A stretch of DNA of 63,936 nt, counting the filler, from Perkinsus olseni (lineage: Eukaryota): assembly GCA_013115125.1 (NCBI GenBank). It is 3 parts of 3 records of this genome, joined end to end, with 100 filler letters (N's around TTAATTAATTAA, not from the genome) between each part and the next. Parts side by side here need not be neighbours in the genome. Positions count along the whole stretch, not along the records: positions 22,246 to 44,382 come from JABANN010000545.1; positions 44,483 to 63,936 come from JABANN010000599.1; 1 more part is not named here. One strand, 5' to 3'. The translations under genes were made by a program, and so were the position numbers. Shown here piece after piece: positions 42,785 through 55,350 of this stretch (position 1 is the first letter of the stretch; each line of letters opens with the position of its first letter). The notes below the pieces were generated by a model. It ran no database searches. It was not told the origin of the DNA and worked only from the letters and a program-made list of their open reading frames with translations.

Positions 42785-43260
42785 GGTCCGAAAAGGCCTA
42801 CAGCGTTGGCGGTCAGGAAGCAGCATGTTGAGGGGCAGGAGAGCGAAAGGGGCTACCCTTGTTCGGTCACTTGCCCATCGCCCAAGTTCGTTTACAGCCT
42901 CTCTCTTATTGACCCCACCGAGTCCAGGCTCTTTCGCATAGCATCAAAGTGGGTCGCCCTACTACTGTACAGACTGACTTGTTCTTGCAGCGGCTCTGTA
43001 TCTACCCGAAACGTCTCGGAGGTATTCGAGGCTGCTGCCTCTTCCGAGATCGACAACAGCAGCGGCCCCCCTTCTTGTCGTGATAAACTCCAATATTGGG
43101 TCCTCGAGTGGTGGCGAGGGAGTTGCCGTAACGTACCCAGTCGTCTGCTAGATGTGATAGAGTATGAAATGAATCGAGAGTACTGCCCTCAAGGAGAAGA
43201 GTCACATTGGCAGTGTGACCCGAGGAGCTTCTCCTTCCTACCATTCAAAGCGCTTGTTCG
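42785..43260 (+). pseudogene. Partial paralog of the 39219-41225 gene
   Basis: 43010-43247 is nearly identical to 40002-40239 and the GYPCSVTCP exon is shared. Downstream exons were not found. Confidence 0.5.
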
Positions 43261-44382
43261 GGTGAGTGCGAACCGCGGCCTCGAGTGGCAACGGACTGAC
43301 GAGTCGAGGCAGGGGATGCCGAACCTTCCGCAGGTGAGCACGGGCCTCCATCAACAGACAGGCTCATAGGAAGCGTTGATTCGTTTTCCTGAATTGGTGT
43401 TGTGACGATGTAGTTTAGCTGAGTGTGAAGCTGCTGAGAGGTTATGGCTGCTAGAGTAGCATAAAATTATAGGGGCGGCTGTCACTCCACTCTGCTCTAC
43501 ACAGTTCGTGGTGAACACAATCAGAGGACTTCAATTCAGATTTCCGCCGGGACTTCTGCGCCTCGCGGGGCTGGCAAGAGAAGGAGATCTCCGAAGAGAA
43601 AGATATCAAGGTTGGGTGGCAGCACGCTTTGGATTAAGAACGTGAGCATCGCTCCGCCGTAAGATGCGCCATTTTAGGTGTTCAGCCCTTCGTTACAACC
43701 CTGTGGGCGATGTGGAAGCAAGATCATCACGGTGACTCGAAGTGGGACCCTTGTCTCCTGCGGGCAACAACTCGGCAGAAGGGCGACTGCTATCTGGGAT
43801 TGCTCGCCGGGTCCTCCCGGGCTTACATATGATGTAAAAACTATGGGCAGACTGGAGAGAGGTGGGATGCGGTTCGGCAAAGGAATGGGGTGGTTCTGAG
43901 GAACTAATCGATAGGAAGACTTCAATAGGGGAACACAGTGAAAGTAGCTAGTGTGAGAACAGTCTGTTCTCAGACTGTCAAGGGTCTCACTGTCAACCGA
44001 TGTCAAGCATCAGTCGCCTTCTCATGTGTCTATCAGACACATAGGAGGCGGGACATCGAATTGGGTCCCTTCAATCGATGTCCAATTATAAGGATAATTG
44101 GTGTATCCGACTTCACTACAGTGCTCCAAAGTACTCCGTTAGACTATAGTCTAAAAACTTAATCTAGCCTCAACAACCACTGAGAGTTTGAACCTGATTT
44201 ATTTACTCGCCCTTCGTTACGACGATATGAACAGACTCTTCAAGAACTGTGACCGTTTCATGCTCGCAAACTGATATATGGGCGAGCGAAAATTTCACCG
44301 GGCGACACCAGTGTACCAAAATCGATATCTCTCTGCTATAACTAGATAAGCCAACTCGACTCCAGCTCCTTTGTATACCAGC

Positions 44383-44482
44383 NNNNNNNNNNNNNNNNNN
44401 NNNNNNNNNNNNNNNNNNNNNNNNNNTTAATTAATTAANNNNNNNNNNNNNNNNNNNNNNNNNNNNNNNNNNNNNNNNNNNN
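44383..44482. other. Assembly gap with TTAATTAATTAA linker
   Basis: N-run with the linker at 44427-44438. Confidence 0.95.
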
Positions 44483-44585
44483 GATCGTATCATAATATAA
44501 TCGGCTCACTGGAATACGTGACCATAACCAGATCAAAATCAACAAAATCATTACAGGCGCGTCATAGGGTTCTTGCTGTCTTCCA

Positions 44586-45827
44586 ATGATGAAAGCCGCT
44601 GTACTTCTGTCGGCAGGGGCGTGGAGGTTGATTGCCGCCTCTTCGTCGCTATCGTTCCCGATGCAGCACAATAGGGCTGAGATGAACTTTGATGGCTATC
44701 CCTTGAAGCTTGCTGTAGACAGTGGAAGTGCTGAGTCTTACCTGGTGTACGGTGGTTGGTATGAAAGTCTCTACGGCCCAGGCTCCTGCGAGCACCTCGT
44801 CACTGGTTGCTACTTTTGCCCTTCGACTGACCCGTGTGACCTCGACAGTCTGCGAACTCAAGAAACTCACAAGCTCAAGTTCATTAGTGGATGTAGCGTT
44901 GATATCGTCGCTCGGAATGTGACCTTGATCGTTGGTGAGAAGCAGTTTAGAAACTTTCAGATTGGCCTGATGGTTGGTAACAACGGTTTAGACCGCTGTG
45001 TTCAGCCCTACGCTCTTCTGGGGCTGAGCATTACCCCAGCCAACACGACGACCGAGAGGTTACCATCTACTCTCCAGCAACTTGTTAAGGCCGGAGGAAT
45101 ATCTGAGACCGCGTTTTCGATACATGTTTCGAAGTTGTATGTTGGCATCAGTGGCTCGTTGGTGCTAGGCAGAGAACCACACAACTCGACGAGCATGATT
45201 TCATTTCCTCTGGTGAGACCTCGGTGGGCTAGGCAAGCTTTTGCGATAGCAGCCTCGGTCGTTCGAGTGAAGAGTCCTTCCACGACAGACCAAGTGATAG
45301 ACTTGTCGGGGAGACAAGCGAATCTTGAGGTTGTCGTTGACACTGGCACTGCTAGAACCAAACTTCCGACCGAGGTATTTTCTATGATACTGGCAGCCAT
45401 CACGGCGGAGTTTGGTTTTAACCACGTACGTTGGTCGGAATCGACACATCAGCTGCAAGAGGCCGAGTTGCTGTCGTACTCCGATAAGCATGGGCATATT
45501 TGGGTTCGCAAGAACCTCCTTGGGCAGCTCCCTATCGTGGTTGTCGAAGTTGGCGCCGAATCGTCTTTTGAAGTGAATTTGAGTAACCATGCTCAGATTT
45601 GTGAGAACGATTGGTGTGTCCTTTTACTCACCAACCAAATTCGATTTCTCGGGCCATCGCATATCTTCGTACTCGGTCAGTCCTTCTTCATGGACTACAA
45701 CCTTCATGTCAACTTCGATGATAATGTTATTCGTCTTGCAACTCCCCAAGGGCCGGTTGAGAAACAGGTCGTTTCTAAGCAGTCCTGGACGGAGATTTTG
45801 AATCCCCGTTGTAAACGAACGTTTTAG
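44586..45827 (+). CDS. Pepsin-family (A1) aspartic protease, secreted, intronless
   Basis: Signal-like N-terminus, two catalytic motifs AVDSGSA and VVDTGTA, LLGLS, GSLVLG, and FVLGQSFFMDYNLHVNFDDNVIRLA at the C-terminus. Confidence 0.92.
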   Translation: MMKAAVLLSAGAWRLIAASSSLSFPMQHNRAEMNFDGYPLKLAVDSGSAESYLVYGGWYESLYGPGSCEHLVTGCYFCPSTDPCDLDSLRTQETHKLKFISGCSVDIVARNVTLIVGEKQFRNFQIGLMVGNNGLDRCVQPYALLGLSITPANTTTERLPSTLQQLVKAGGISETAFSIHVSKLYVGISGSLVLGREPHNSTSMISFPLVRPRWARQAFAIAASVVRVKSPSTTDQVIDLSGRQANLEVVVDTGTARTKLPTEVFSMILAAITAEFGFNHVRWSESTHQLQEAELLSYSDKHGHIWVRKNLLGQLPIVVVEVGAESSFEVNLSNHAQICENDWCVLLLTNQIRFLGPSHIFVLGQSFFMDYNLHVNFDDNVIRLATPQGPVEKQVVSKQSWTEILNPRCKRTF

Positions 45828-46488
45828 CGTCGTTTTGGACACGTTTGTGTGTCTCGTGTGTTCTGTTATTTTATCTATTCAACTTACATGTTAAACGATG
45901 TCTGTGTTATCTTGCTTGTCTCGTTCAAGATCAATTCAATACAGACGGCATCAGTAGCTCGTCCATCTTCAGTGGCTTCTTTCACGAGTCATTCAGCGCT
46001 CTCTGTCCAGTCAGGGTCGACCGAAGGATCTGTTAGGAGGTCGATGAGGGTCCCCTCGGGCCGCGTAACCATTACGTTGGCGGCTTTGCATCGTAGTTTC
46101 ACAAGGGCCTTAGCCCTCGCCGCTCGTTGGTTACGATCAGTTCCCATCACCAACTCGTCCGCTCCACAACAAGCTTGGATCCATGAGTTCGGCGCTGGTC
46201 CTAGTTCCCATGGAAGCTCCCAGGTATTTCTAACCGCATGTTTCCTCCGAGATTGTGTTGTGTTGGCTGATATTATGGCTGTGAATCAGGACATGGAGTT
46301 TGATCGGACGTTTGCAGGTTTATTTGAGGGGCTGGCTGTGGCGTATTGGCTGATTGGTTGACGTTCCCTTGCTGATCGCCCAAGGTTCCTCCATCACACA
46401 AACTTCCCTGGGCGCGCTGCTAACGAGGATTCTGACGCAGCCGGTGAGTGAGCGGGTCTCCTACGAGTCTTTATATTATATTTGATAA

Positions 46489-49400
46489 ATGACTTCAACC
46501 ACCGACAGCAGCAAACCACAGGCGGTGGAGGTCACGAAGGGCAGACCACTTCAACTAGTGACTATTAAGATGGCCGATAATGAGGTAGAGAATAGCAGGT
46601 CACTCTTCCGTGTGGACTGTCTGAGCACCTTCGGGAGTGGTATGCTCAACAGATTCGATAATGATGTTGATTTTGGCGGGGTGTCATCTCCGCTGGTAGG
46701 TTCGTGTGAACGACGACGCCATGGACGAACTCACGAAGAATCTAGAAGCGACCGGTTGCGATAAGATATCAGTAGTATCCATCATGGGAGCTTATCGCAC
46801 TGGTAAAAGTTTCATGCTCGATCTGTTCCTGCGGTAAGTAGAGTGACCTCTGCATCCGACCATCATTGACGATCTATAAGGTACCTCCGTTACACTGATG
46901 GCAAGGAGGACACCTACTATCCCTTGGGTAAGTCTGCCCTCTCAGTACTGCCAGACTGATCGTGCATTTCTCAGGGGATCCTGCTGCGCTTAACAAGAGA
47001 AGGGGTAGCAGTTTCAATGCTGAATTCCAAGCACCAGAATGGCTGGTCGCTCAGGTAGTAGTAACAGGGCAGGTCGGTCTAGTCGGTTGGATTGTCTCGT
47101 TTAGGGTGATTGTCTTCAAGAAGGGCAGCAGGCTTCGGATTCGCATGGCTTCCATTGGCGGCCTGGCATGGACAAGTAGCGTACGTCTGACGGCGGGAGG
47201 GAGAGAGCTTTTATTATCAGGTGTACTGAGGGTATTTGGGTCTGGTCGATTCCGTTTGTGAGGCAATTGCATTCGGGGGAGAAGGTAGCCTTGGTCCTGA
47301 TGGACACTCAGGTAGGGGCGTGGGGTGGCAGTGTCCGCTGATATTGTCCGTTACACCGGGCGTAAAATTCTCATCCGGACGCCGTTGTTTTTGCAGGGAG
47401 CGTGGGACTCTAAGATGACGAAGGAACAATCAGCCACCGTGTTCGGTCTCACTGCTGTTCTGTCTAGCAAACAAATATATAATATATCCAAGCAGATTCA
47501 GGAGGATAAGGTAATCACCTGTCACAGTGTAATCGGGCACATTCTGAGTGTCAGGTCGAAAATCTTCATTTTTTCATGGAAGTGGCCTCGGCGGCATTAC
47601 GTGTGTCCGGAGATGAGAACGCCCAGGAAGGAAAGCCCTTCCAGTGCTTGGAGTAGTACGGGGGTTGTCCAGCTGGGTCGGGCTGATGGTGAGTATCTTT
47701 ATTTCCTGTGAGGTTCTTGGTTCGAGATTGGGCTAACTTTGATGATGATATGTCCATCAAGGATTGCGTAGCCCAGATGAAGGAGCATTTGGATCAGCAC
47801 ATGGGTGAGCTTTTCTCGCCGCCTGTCCCTGCTTCACTCGAGGCTCCGCATTCCGTTGTTGAATAGGCGGATTGTGGGAGATTTGCTCTTATCTATAACC
47901 AGCATATCGCGCCCGAGCATTCTCATACGGCATGCGTGATGAGAGATAATTTGGGAATGATCAGTCAACTCTGTTAGATGAGCACCGAGTGCGAGATGAT
48001 TCCACCGCAGTGGCGCTGAACAAAATGTTCGAGAGCGTCTCGTGCTTCTGTCTGCCACATCCTGGCCTGAAGATCCAGAAGAAGGGATGGTCGGGAAGGC
48101 TGGGTGATATTGATCCTGATTTCATAAGGTCTGTGCTGGGCTTCGAACCAGGGACCTGCAGGATGCGAGTACTGCTTAGGTTCCTCGATCTCTATGTTCG
48201 TTCGGTTTTCACTGACCCTCATCTCCACGCCAAGAGCATCCTCGGAAAAACCCTCTCGCCGCAAACCTTCGGTCCTGTTGTCAATGCCTTCGTAGAGGTA
48301 GTCGCCGTTGAATTTCGTGGCGCAGCGGTCATTTATCCCTCAGGCGTTTGCTAACGCCGTTCCTGCTGCTGCTACCTTCACCCAGGCCATGGCGCGCAGC
48401 AGTAATCTTTTGGGCAAGGAACAGGCCATCAATACTTATAAATCTGATATGGAGGCGGCTATGGGGTAATAAAGGACCGTTTGGGCACACTCATTGTTTG
48501 AGAGAAGTTTGACATTATACAACCGAACCGAGCCGTCATCACGAGCGATTATCTAATACAACCGCAACGAAACCGCTTGGTTCTGTAGGGTTCCGAAATT
48601 GCTGTTACTTACGGGTGGTTGTTCTTTTAGACCGAAGACTGGTAGTGGAATTAAGCCGGATCAGCTCGAGCGTGCTTCCATAAAGGCGAAGACTATGGCC
48701 TTGCAGAGCTTCTCTAAGCAGACACTCTTCGGCCCTGATGTAGGGGTAGAGCGGCTTCGTCTTAGATTATGGTTTGTTGGTAGGATGAGAGGGAAAAGAC
48801 CAAGGACGAGCTCGTGAAGGAAATCGATGTAAGGAGATCAACGCTCGCTGGTCGATTTTCGTACCAACTATCGCGGAACTTACTCGACGTTCGCTTAATA
48901 CGACGTGAAGCAGCACGTTGATAGTATCGGCATGGCGGAAGGGAGTGTGGTCTCGTAGCTATCATGGAGGTGGCGGAGCGTTTGTCTGCCTAGGGTCTCC
49001 TCGACTACTATAAGGATGAGAACCAGCGCCGTATGGACAAGTCACTAGCCGCCTTCGCTGGGGCTACAGTGTTGGTCATTGTACTCTATCTCATGGATAA
49101 GTTCTCTGACTTCGCCTGTGATTGGTAATGAGGCCTCTTCTCATCGATGCTGTGTCATCTACCGCTGTTACAGGTACTCTGACACTTGCGTGAGGTTTTC
49201 TAATATCCTCTTCTCGATCTACTTCACCATCATTGTCGTCATCGGCGTCAATGTATTCCTACTGTAAGACCAACCATTCTGTGCTTCGGGAGAATACTCT
49301 TCCTCAGGTACCGAGACCGTGGCCAGGTTGCGGCTGCGTCTGCCTTGATGGAGATGGTCAAAGAGTCGGTGAATCTTGGGCTAGGGGTACTCAGGGGCTC

Positions 49401-49527
49401 ACTGTCCTTCACTGCGGGGAGCATCCTTTTAGAACTGCAATTGGTGTTTTCTGTAGTCAGTTTTTTCGCCCGCGCTCCCATTTCTATACCAAGAATTTCG
49501 CAACTTTCACGTGATAAACCCTCCTGA
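46489..49527 (+). CDS. Atlastin-like (GBP/GB1-RHD3) GTPase with a C-terminal TM hairpin
   Basis: P-loop SIMGAYRTGKSFMLD, GFHWRPG..CTEGIWVWS, LMDTQG, LSSKQIYN, FLVRDW, CFCLPHPG. Two C-terminal hydrophobic helices. The 3' end is approximate. Confidence 0.92.
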
Positions 49528-50321
49528 TTCCCGCGAGCGTCGTCAAGATTTGTTACCTCGACTTCTTTTTGTAGTACGCGGAGAAGGTCCGAGAGCATCC
49601 TGACAAACAGCACTTAGTGGCGGTGGCCCGAAGCTTCGCCAGCGACTGTTCAGCTAGCCTCAGACCGGTGTATCATAAGGTAGTTCCCAAGGTGTCCATC
49701 TTGGGTGTGACAAGTGTCAGTAGGTCATCGATGTCATACAGCCATCAGCGTTGCATCACACAGCAGATCTTCCTACTCTGAACGAAAACAAGGAGGGCTC
49801 CGGGATCGGTAGAAGGACTAGGGGGAAGGCGTTGAGATGACGGTCTTCATTCTCAGAAATGACTGAGGCGAAGCCAAGTGAGGTGGAGAAGACCCGAAGA
49901 CGTCACAGACGCTCGGATTGAGACACAGAATGTAGTAGTACTCTGTAGCTTGTGTCGTCGCGTTCAATATGCTGGTAATGACCACGTTGGGATATCCCCG
50001 TTGGACGGCTCTCCTCTGTTGAAAATTGGTTTTCGTCCATGTGCCACCTATCACTCCTGTTCTTGCTCAGGTTATTCAAAAGAGAACTGATGCACAACTA
50101 GTACTACTCATTTGATGATACTCTTGCAACAACATCAACACTAATCTATTTTTCGTTTGACCGCTCCGTCCTGGCGTTAAGTGGATCCAATGATGGAAGA
50201 TTCGATATGATGACTTATTTGTAAAAGGTCTTACCCGTTCTTTGAGCGAGGCATGACTAAGAATCCTCTAACACTGATCGCCAACGCACTCTGAGGGGCC
50301 AGCGTGTGAATTTTCCTATCA

Positions 50322-53300
50322 ATGCAGTGGCGCGTGTCTTCCTCGCGTGCCTTTCTCTGCCTGCTTCTCGATCCGTCATGCACAGGGTATTCTTCCACAT
50401 GTTTGGTTATGTCTAGCAATGAAGCGTATGCGGGCCACCTGCTGGATGACGGTCGCGGATTGTTCGTACTACGCCGTTTCGTGTGGAGTACGGTACTAGG
50501 TGGGCTGAGGCCTCCTCCGTGTGGCCGCTGGTGGGCTTTGGCTTCGGCTATACAGCTAGTAGTCTGTCTGGTACCGCTAGGGGGCCTGCTAGTCGCTCGA
50601 GGCCTGGCGAGCGGGGCCGGCGAGTGGGAGCTCGCTGCGATCTTCGGAGTATGGGGCGTGGTGAGCACTCTACTATCGATAGCCGTTGGGAAAATTGCTC
50701 GTAGTCGAAAGGTCCCGAGTTCTATCCCCGGCTCGCAGATCTTCTGGAATGACTACGATACCAATGAGGAGGTGAACACCCTTTCCGCGGCTGTCCGGTG
50801 GGGACTAGGGGTGGCCTCCTCCAAACCATCCCTATTCGTACGACCTCTAGTTGCTGGAATCAACTTCGGTTTGCTGGTCTGGGCTTCCAGCCGCGGGTAT
50901 GCTTACTTCCTCCTCTCAGCCATCGCCGTGGCAACTGTGGGCGGGTTCTCTCTTATAACGGGGTTGGCTCCTTTCGAGCTGGCCCCAATGGTGTCCCATA
51001 CAGTCCTAGACCCGACGCTCTCTCGTTCCCTCACCCTACTACCACTTTTGATAGCCGGCTGTGCTGCTATTAAGGCTTCCCATGAGGGAGTGGCGACCGC
51101 CATTTACTTGGTAGTCGCTGTTTGCCCGCTCCTGTGGGCAGTTGGCCTTCTTCCGAGGTTCGAGGATGCCTGCCTGTGGCTGGTTGAGTTCGTCTCATAT
51201 CACTTCTGTGGTACTACCAACCCTGTGCCCATAGTGCCTCTGACCATAGTCGCAGTGTTGGCGTTGGCCCTCCCCGAGACTCACTTGTTGCTCTACTCCA
51301 TCATTGGCGTGCTCGTTGGTCTTATCCCTCCATTCTTGCCTTGTCAGCTGAGGGCAGTCGTTCGACAGGTCGTAGTATGTAGTGCAGGGGTCGGCCTAGG
51401 ATTCGCTCTTCGCCAGGTCGAGAACTCCAGCCCGACCCGTTGGTGGATTGCCTTGAGCCTTGGCCTCGCTGAATGTGTTATTCTCCAGTTCAAAGTAGCA
51501 AGCCGGTTCTTGGTGGCTGCTTTCGCTCGGCTCTCATTGCTGGTCAGTCTGGTTTACCTTCTTGCCTACCATGAAGCCGTCAGTGAGTGGTATGTGACCT
51601 GGCTGTCTGTACGTCACTTCACTAGTGCTACGGCCGGAATGCGTCGGTTTCCCTTGGGCCTACCAGTGACAGTTGTAGCAGCATTCCATCTGGTGTGGTA
51701 CGATGATGAGGACCCGGAAGCGCTCCCACAGGCAGCGGTTTTGCTGATGGCTGCGGACTTTGTCGTGCAGAAAACCTTCTCCGTCACCAAGGGCTTTCAC
51801 TTCGGTTTGGCTCTCATGTATTATTCTTTCCGGGCTCCTAAACAACGGCATCGTGGAAGGGAAGTCTTCGCTGGTCTGTCGACGGTGTTGCTGCCGCTGT
51901 CCTGTTTCTTCTCTAATGACAACACCCCCTTGCCGTTGTTCACCGCTCCGCTTTTTGTCTTCCGACAATGGTTGCCAACGTCTTCTAATTTTTACAGGGG
52001 TGGTGACAAGATGATGACGACGGGACTGCAAGGTTCACTCTGTCGGGCTCTGATGGTCCACGGTGGTCTGGTGGAGGCCACTCGGCGGCTCTTCAGGGAC
52101 CCTGGGAATGACCTACTACTATTCCGAGCGCCGGAGGAGAGCCTGCTGTTCGTCGGAAGGGTATTGAAGAGGTGGTACGGCGGTTGTATCATCGAGTTCA
52201 GATTCTCTGAGCTCGCCGACCAGACTAGCTGCCACCAGACGGAGGCCCGAGCGGTGGATGCTGCCTTCGCGGGGGAACGACGGGTGTGGGCCATGCGACC
52301 GATAGACAGCAAGGTGGCAGTGGGACACTATGAGTACTCGAGGCTGAGCCTGGCTGGAGTCATCACCTCTGAGGAATGCCTACGAGCGATCTGGAAAAGA
52401 TTCGGTATGGTACTGTTGGTCATGGTGAAACGGCTGGAAGATACTCTTGAGGTCGAGGTGGAAGATATCCTGCACGAGTATGAAACGGCTGTGGGATACT
52501 TCCCTCACCAGTTAGCTGATTGCCTTGGGATCCTCACTACGCCTCCGGTTGATCGGCGAGTCTGTGATCGCCCCACTGGAGTCCGCGGAGCCTTCGAGCC
52601 TACCGAGGTTTCTGAGAGGAGTGTGGGGGAGGATGACGATGTCGACGCGCTTCTACAGGATGTGCTGCTCTATGCGACGAAGTAGGAGTTGGATTTGGTT
52701 TATTTATAGCTTTGTTCTGTTTGTCAGGTCGACCAGTAACGTTGCAGAAGGTGCTGAGAGCGCAGAAGGCCCTGACTGGGCTCCACTCCGCAGAGGGAAA
52801 GCCGGTATGGTCGCTCAAAAGGTTCGTTCAGTCTTGCATGGTTTTGCCCTCGAGGTCGCACGTGGTTGAGGCTCTTCTCGCAGAAGGCAAGTCTGGTGGA
52901 CCGTTTTGGGGCGGACCCGGCCCTCGGAGGGCCTGGGCTGATAGCACGAGCGTGGAAGGAGAGCGGCGACACCCTCGCGGGTGGTCTGTCCTCTGAGGCA
53001 TTTCGAAGAGGCTGTGCTCTCGGTGAGGCCTGACTGCTCCCATACTAGGACCCCTTGATTTGTATGGTCAGGGTTGGAGACCTTCGTCACGACTGGCCAA
53101 GATGACATATCCATTGAGAGCGCCATTGAGGTTGTTGATGATTGTACGACTTATTCAAGGTGGTATCACCATCATGTTGTGGGCCCTCACGATTGACTTC
53201 AGGTTCATAGGCGACGTTAGTGGAGCTGGGTGGGAAGAGGCGATGGCTAAGAAGGCACCCTCTTTGTTCTCGCTCGTTATTGAGCCCAGTGGTTCGATTG

Positions 53301-53545
53301 GTGGTGTCATTAGACTGACTTGGCGAGAAGCGACGAGGAGCAACGTAAATGTAGCGCGATTGAACACCGTGTCCTTCGATGCAATAGCAAGCGCATCTGA
53401 GTTGGATTTGAAGTACTTTGCTAGCAACGATGAAGAGCGATACAGCATACAGCAACATGAGGAGATGTTGAGGAACTTAACAGTGCAGCTTACTGAGTAC
53501 CCGGTGTGTGTCTCCGGTCCTCTGCATGTATCATATGATGTTTAA
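50322..53545 (+). CDS. Pecanex-like multi-pass membrane protein
   Basis: Long TM-rich ORF 50322-52685 with TSCHQTEARAVD. Terminal exon LKYFASNDEERYSIQQHEEMLRNLTVQ...YPVCVSGP resembles the Pecanex C-terminal domain. Confidence 0.75.
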
Positions 53546-54204
53546 TCGAGGGAGACAGACTTTGTGTTATTGCGTGCTGGTGGGTGTTTTGGAGCTATGG
53601 ATCCTCGAGTGTGCTGTGCGTCCAGCGTAGGGGAGTGTAGCAGTTAGTAAGGGACAGTAAGAGTGACTCGTTCGAAGGCGAGGACGGTATGTGTGAACAC
53701 TGGGCCGCTCGGCTGGTAACAGCCGATTGTGCTCGCGTGCTGTAATCTGTCCCGATTTGCTATAGCTCGCATCATGACAACTTCCGAAAAGCTTGAGCAA
53801 GGTGTTCATGTCGATACTGTCGACGGTAGCTGTCGTTCAAGTCGATCGGTTCAACTAGGGAGTCTGAAGAGTAACGCGGCCGTTTATTTGTTCCTGCGAG
53901 CGGGTTTAAGCTTTCCTTGTGTCCCAAGTTACCAGCAGTGTAACTCTCTTGTGTTACTAGCTGATCCATGAACGCATCAGAGCTCTGCTATGACGAGCCG
54001 TGAGCAGATATCGGAGGGGTACTGTAGGGTTTTTGTAGGTCGCCCTATCATGAGAATCTTGAGAGGGAGGAACCATCGCTCGCTGGCTGGGGCCTATGGT
54101 GTGAACTTTGGTCAATTTCCGTGCTCGGTGGAAATATGAATTTTCCACTGGCAATTCACGCCGATTGTGTAGTATTGCACAGTTGTTATTTCTCTTTTTC
54201 CGTA

Positions 54205-55350
54205 ATGGATTTCCTATCTAATTCTCCCACGATCGGAGCACCAGACTCTGCCGTTTCGGCTGTAACTTCTTGCGACAAGAGCCTTCCCAAATCGAGCTCT
54301 TCTATGTTGTTGCCATTATCTAAAACGCCCTCCGAGGGTAGTGTCAGCACAACTGCTGATGCTGCCAACAATGCTAGCTGTGGCAGTTTGAATATCGATT
54401 CCGCTGCTGCCTTTGATCTGGACCCCGCCTCTTGCCGGACCCCGAAGAACAGTGAACTCCTGACGGCGTCTGAGTACCTCAAGACCTCCTTGCAGGACTT
54501 GGAGGATAATATCAGTAGCATCAGTACTGTTGATGATAATGCTACGAAGTCACCGTCGCTTTCTCTACCCCTGGCTGATGTTTCTCCCCCTGAGTTGTCC
54601 TTCTTTGCTGACGAAGAGTCCCTCACAGATTCGGTACGTGGTCTACTGGACTCGCCCAAGGACAGGCGTCTCATGCTCGCCATTCATGCGAGATTAGCAT
54701 CCTCGCCGCCCTCTGCCAACTGGGTCATCGATCAGCTCAGCAACGCCAGTCGGGTCCTGCTTGTCATCAGTCCTGCTTCGACGGGTTTGAGTGACATTAG
54801 GTGTGCGGTTTGTGTAGCTATCATGCGAACCGAAGAAGAGGCGGGGTATTTGTGCATGCCTGGTCGCTTGGGCTCTCGTATCACCGTCACCAGTTTCTCT
54901 AACCCTATCCTACCTGGATCGAACGATTTGGTCTCGATCCCAGGGTCGAAGGATCTGATGCAAATCGATGAGATTTGCGAGTTGCCTGATGGAACTCCGA
55001 GTATCTGTGGTGTGATGGCCTTGGGTGACGTTAAGATGCTACTCCCTCAAGATGAGACGGAATGCCAAGCTCGTGTGTTGATGGTGAAGCGTTGTCATAA
55101 GCTAGGGGCTCGTTGCAGTCTCAAGCTGAAGGCTTACTTCGATACGGTCCTTGGTCACGACGGTGCTGTCGAGCACGTTCTGATGCTGCCTCTCAAGGCG
55201 AGATGCACCGCTCGTCGTGGAGTACCTCCGAAGACCGGATTCGTTGTTTTCCGTAATCCTGCCGATGCGTTGCTTGCTCGTGCTCTGGGTAGTGAGCAAG
55301 TAGTCGAGCCCGAGGCATCTATCAAGGTAGAGACCTTCGACGGTATGTAA
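54205..55350 (+). CDS. Ser-rich protein with a C-terminal RRM-like domain, intronless
   Basis: C-terminus RVLMVKRCHKLG...LKAYF...GAVEHVLM...TGFVVFRNPADA...IKVETF fits a beta-alpha-beta-beta-alpha-beta RRM with RNP1-like GFVVF. Confidence 0.65.
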   Translation: MDFLSNSPTIGAPDSAVSAVTSCDKSLPKSSSSMLLPLSKTPSEGSVSTTADAANNASCGSLNIDSAAAFDLDPASCRTPKNSELLTASEYLKTSLQDLEDNISSISTVDDNATKSPSLSLPLADVSPPELSFFADEESLTDSVRGLLDSPKDRRLMLAIHARLASSPPSANWVIDQLSNASRVLLVISPASTGLSDIRCAVCVAIMRTEEEAGYLCMPGRLGSRITVTSFSNPILPGSNDLVSIPGSKDLMQIDEICELPDGTPSICGVMALGDVKMLLPQDETECQARVLMVKRCHKLGARCSLKLKAYFDTVLGHDGAVEHVLMLPLKARCTARRGVPPKTGFVVFRNPADALLARALGSEQVVEPEASIKVETFDGM

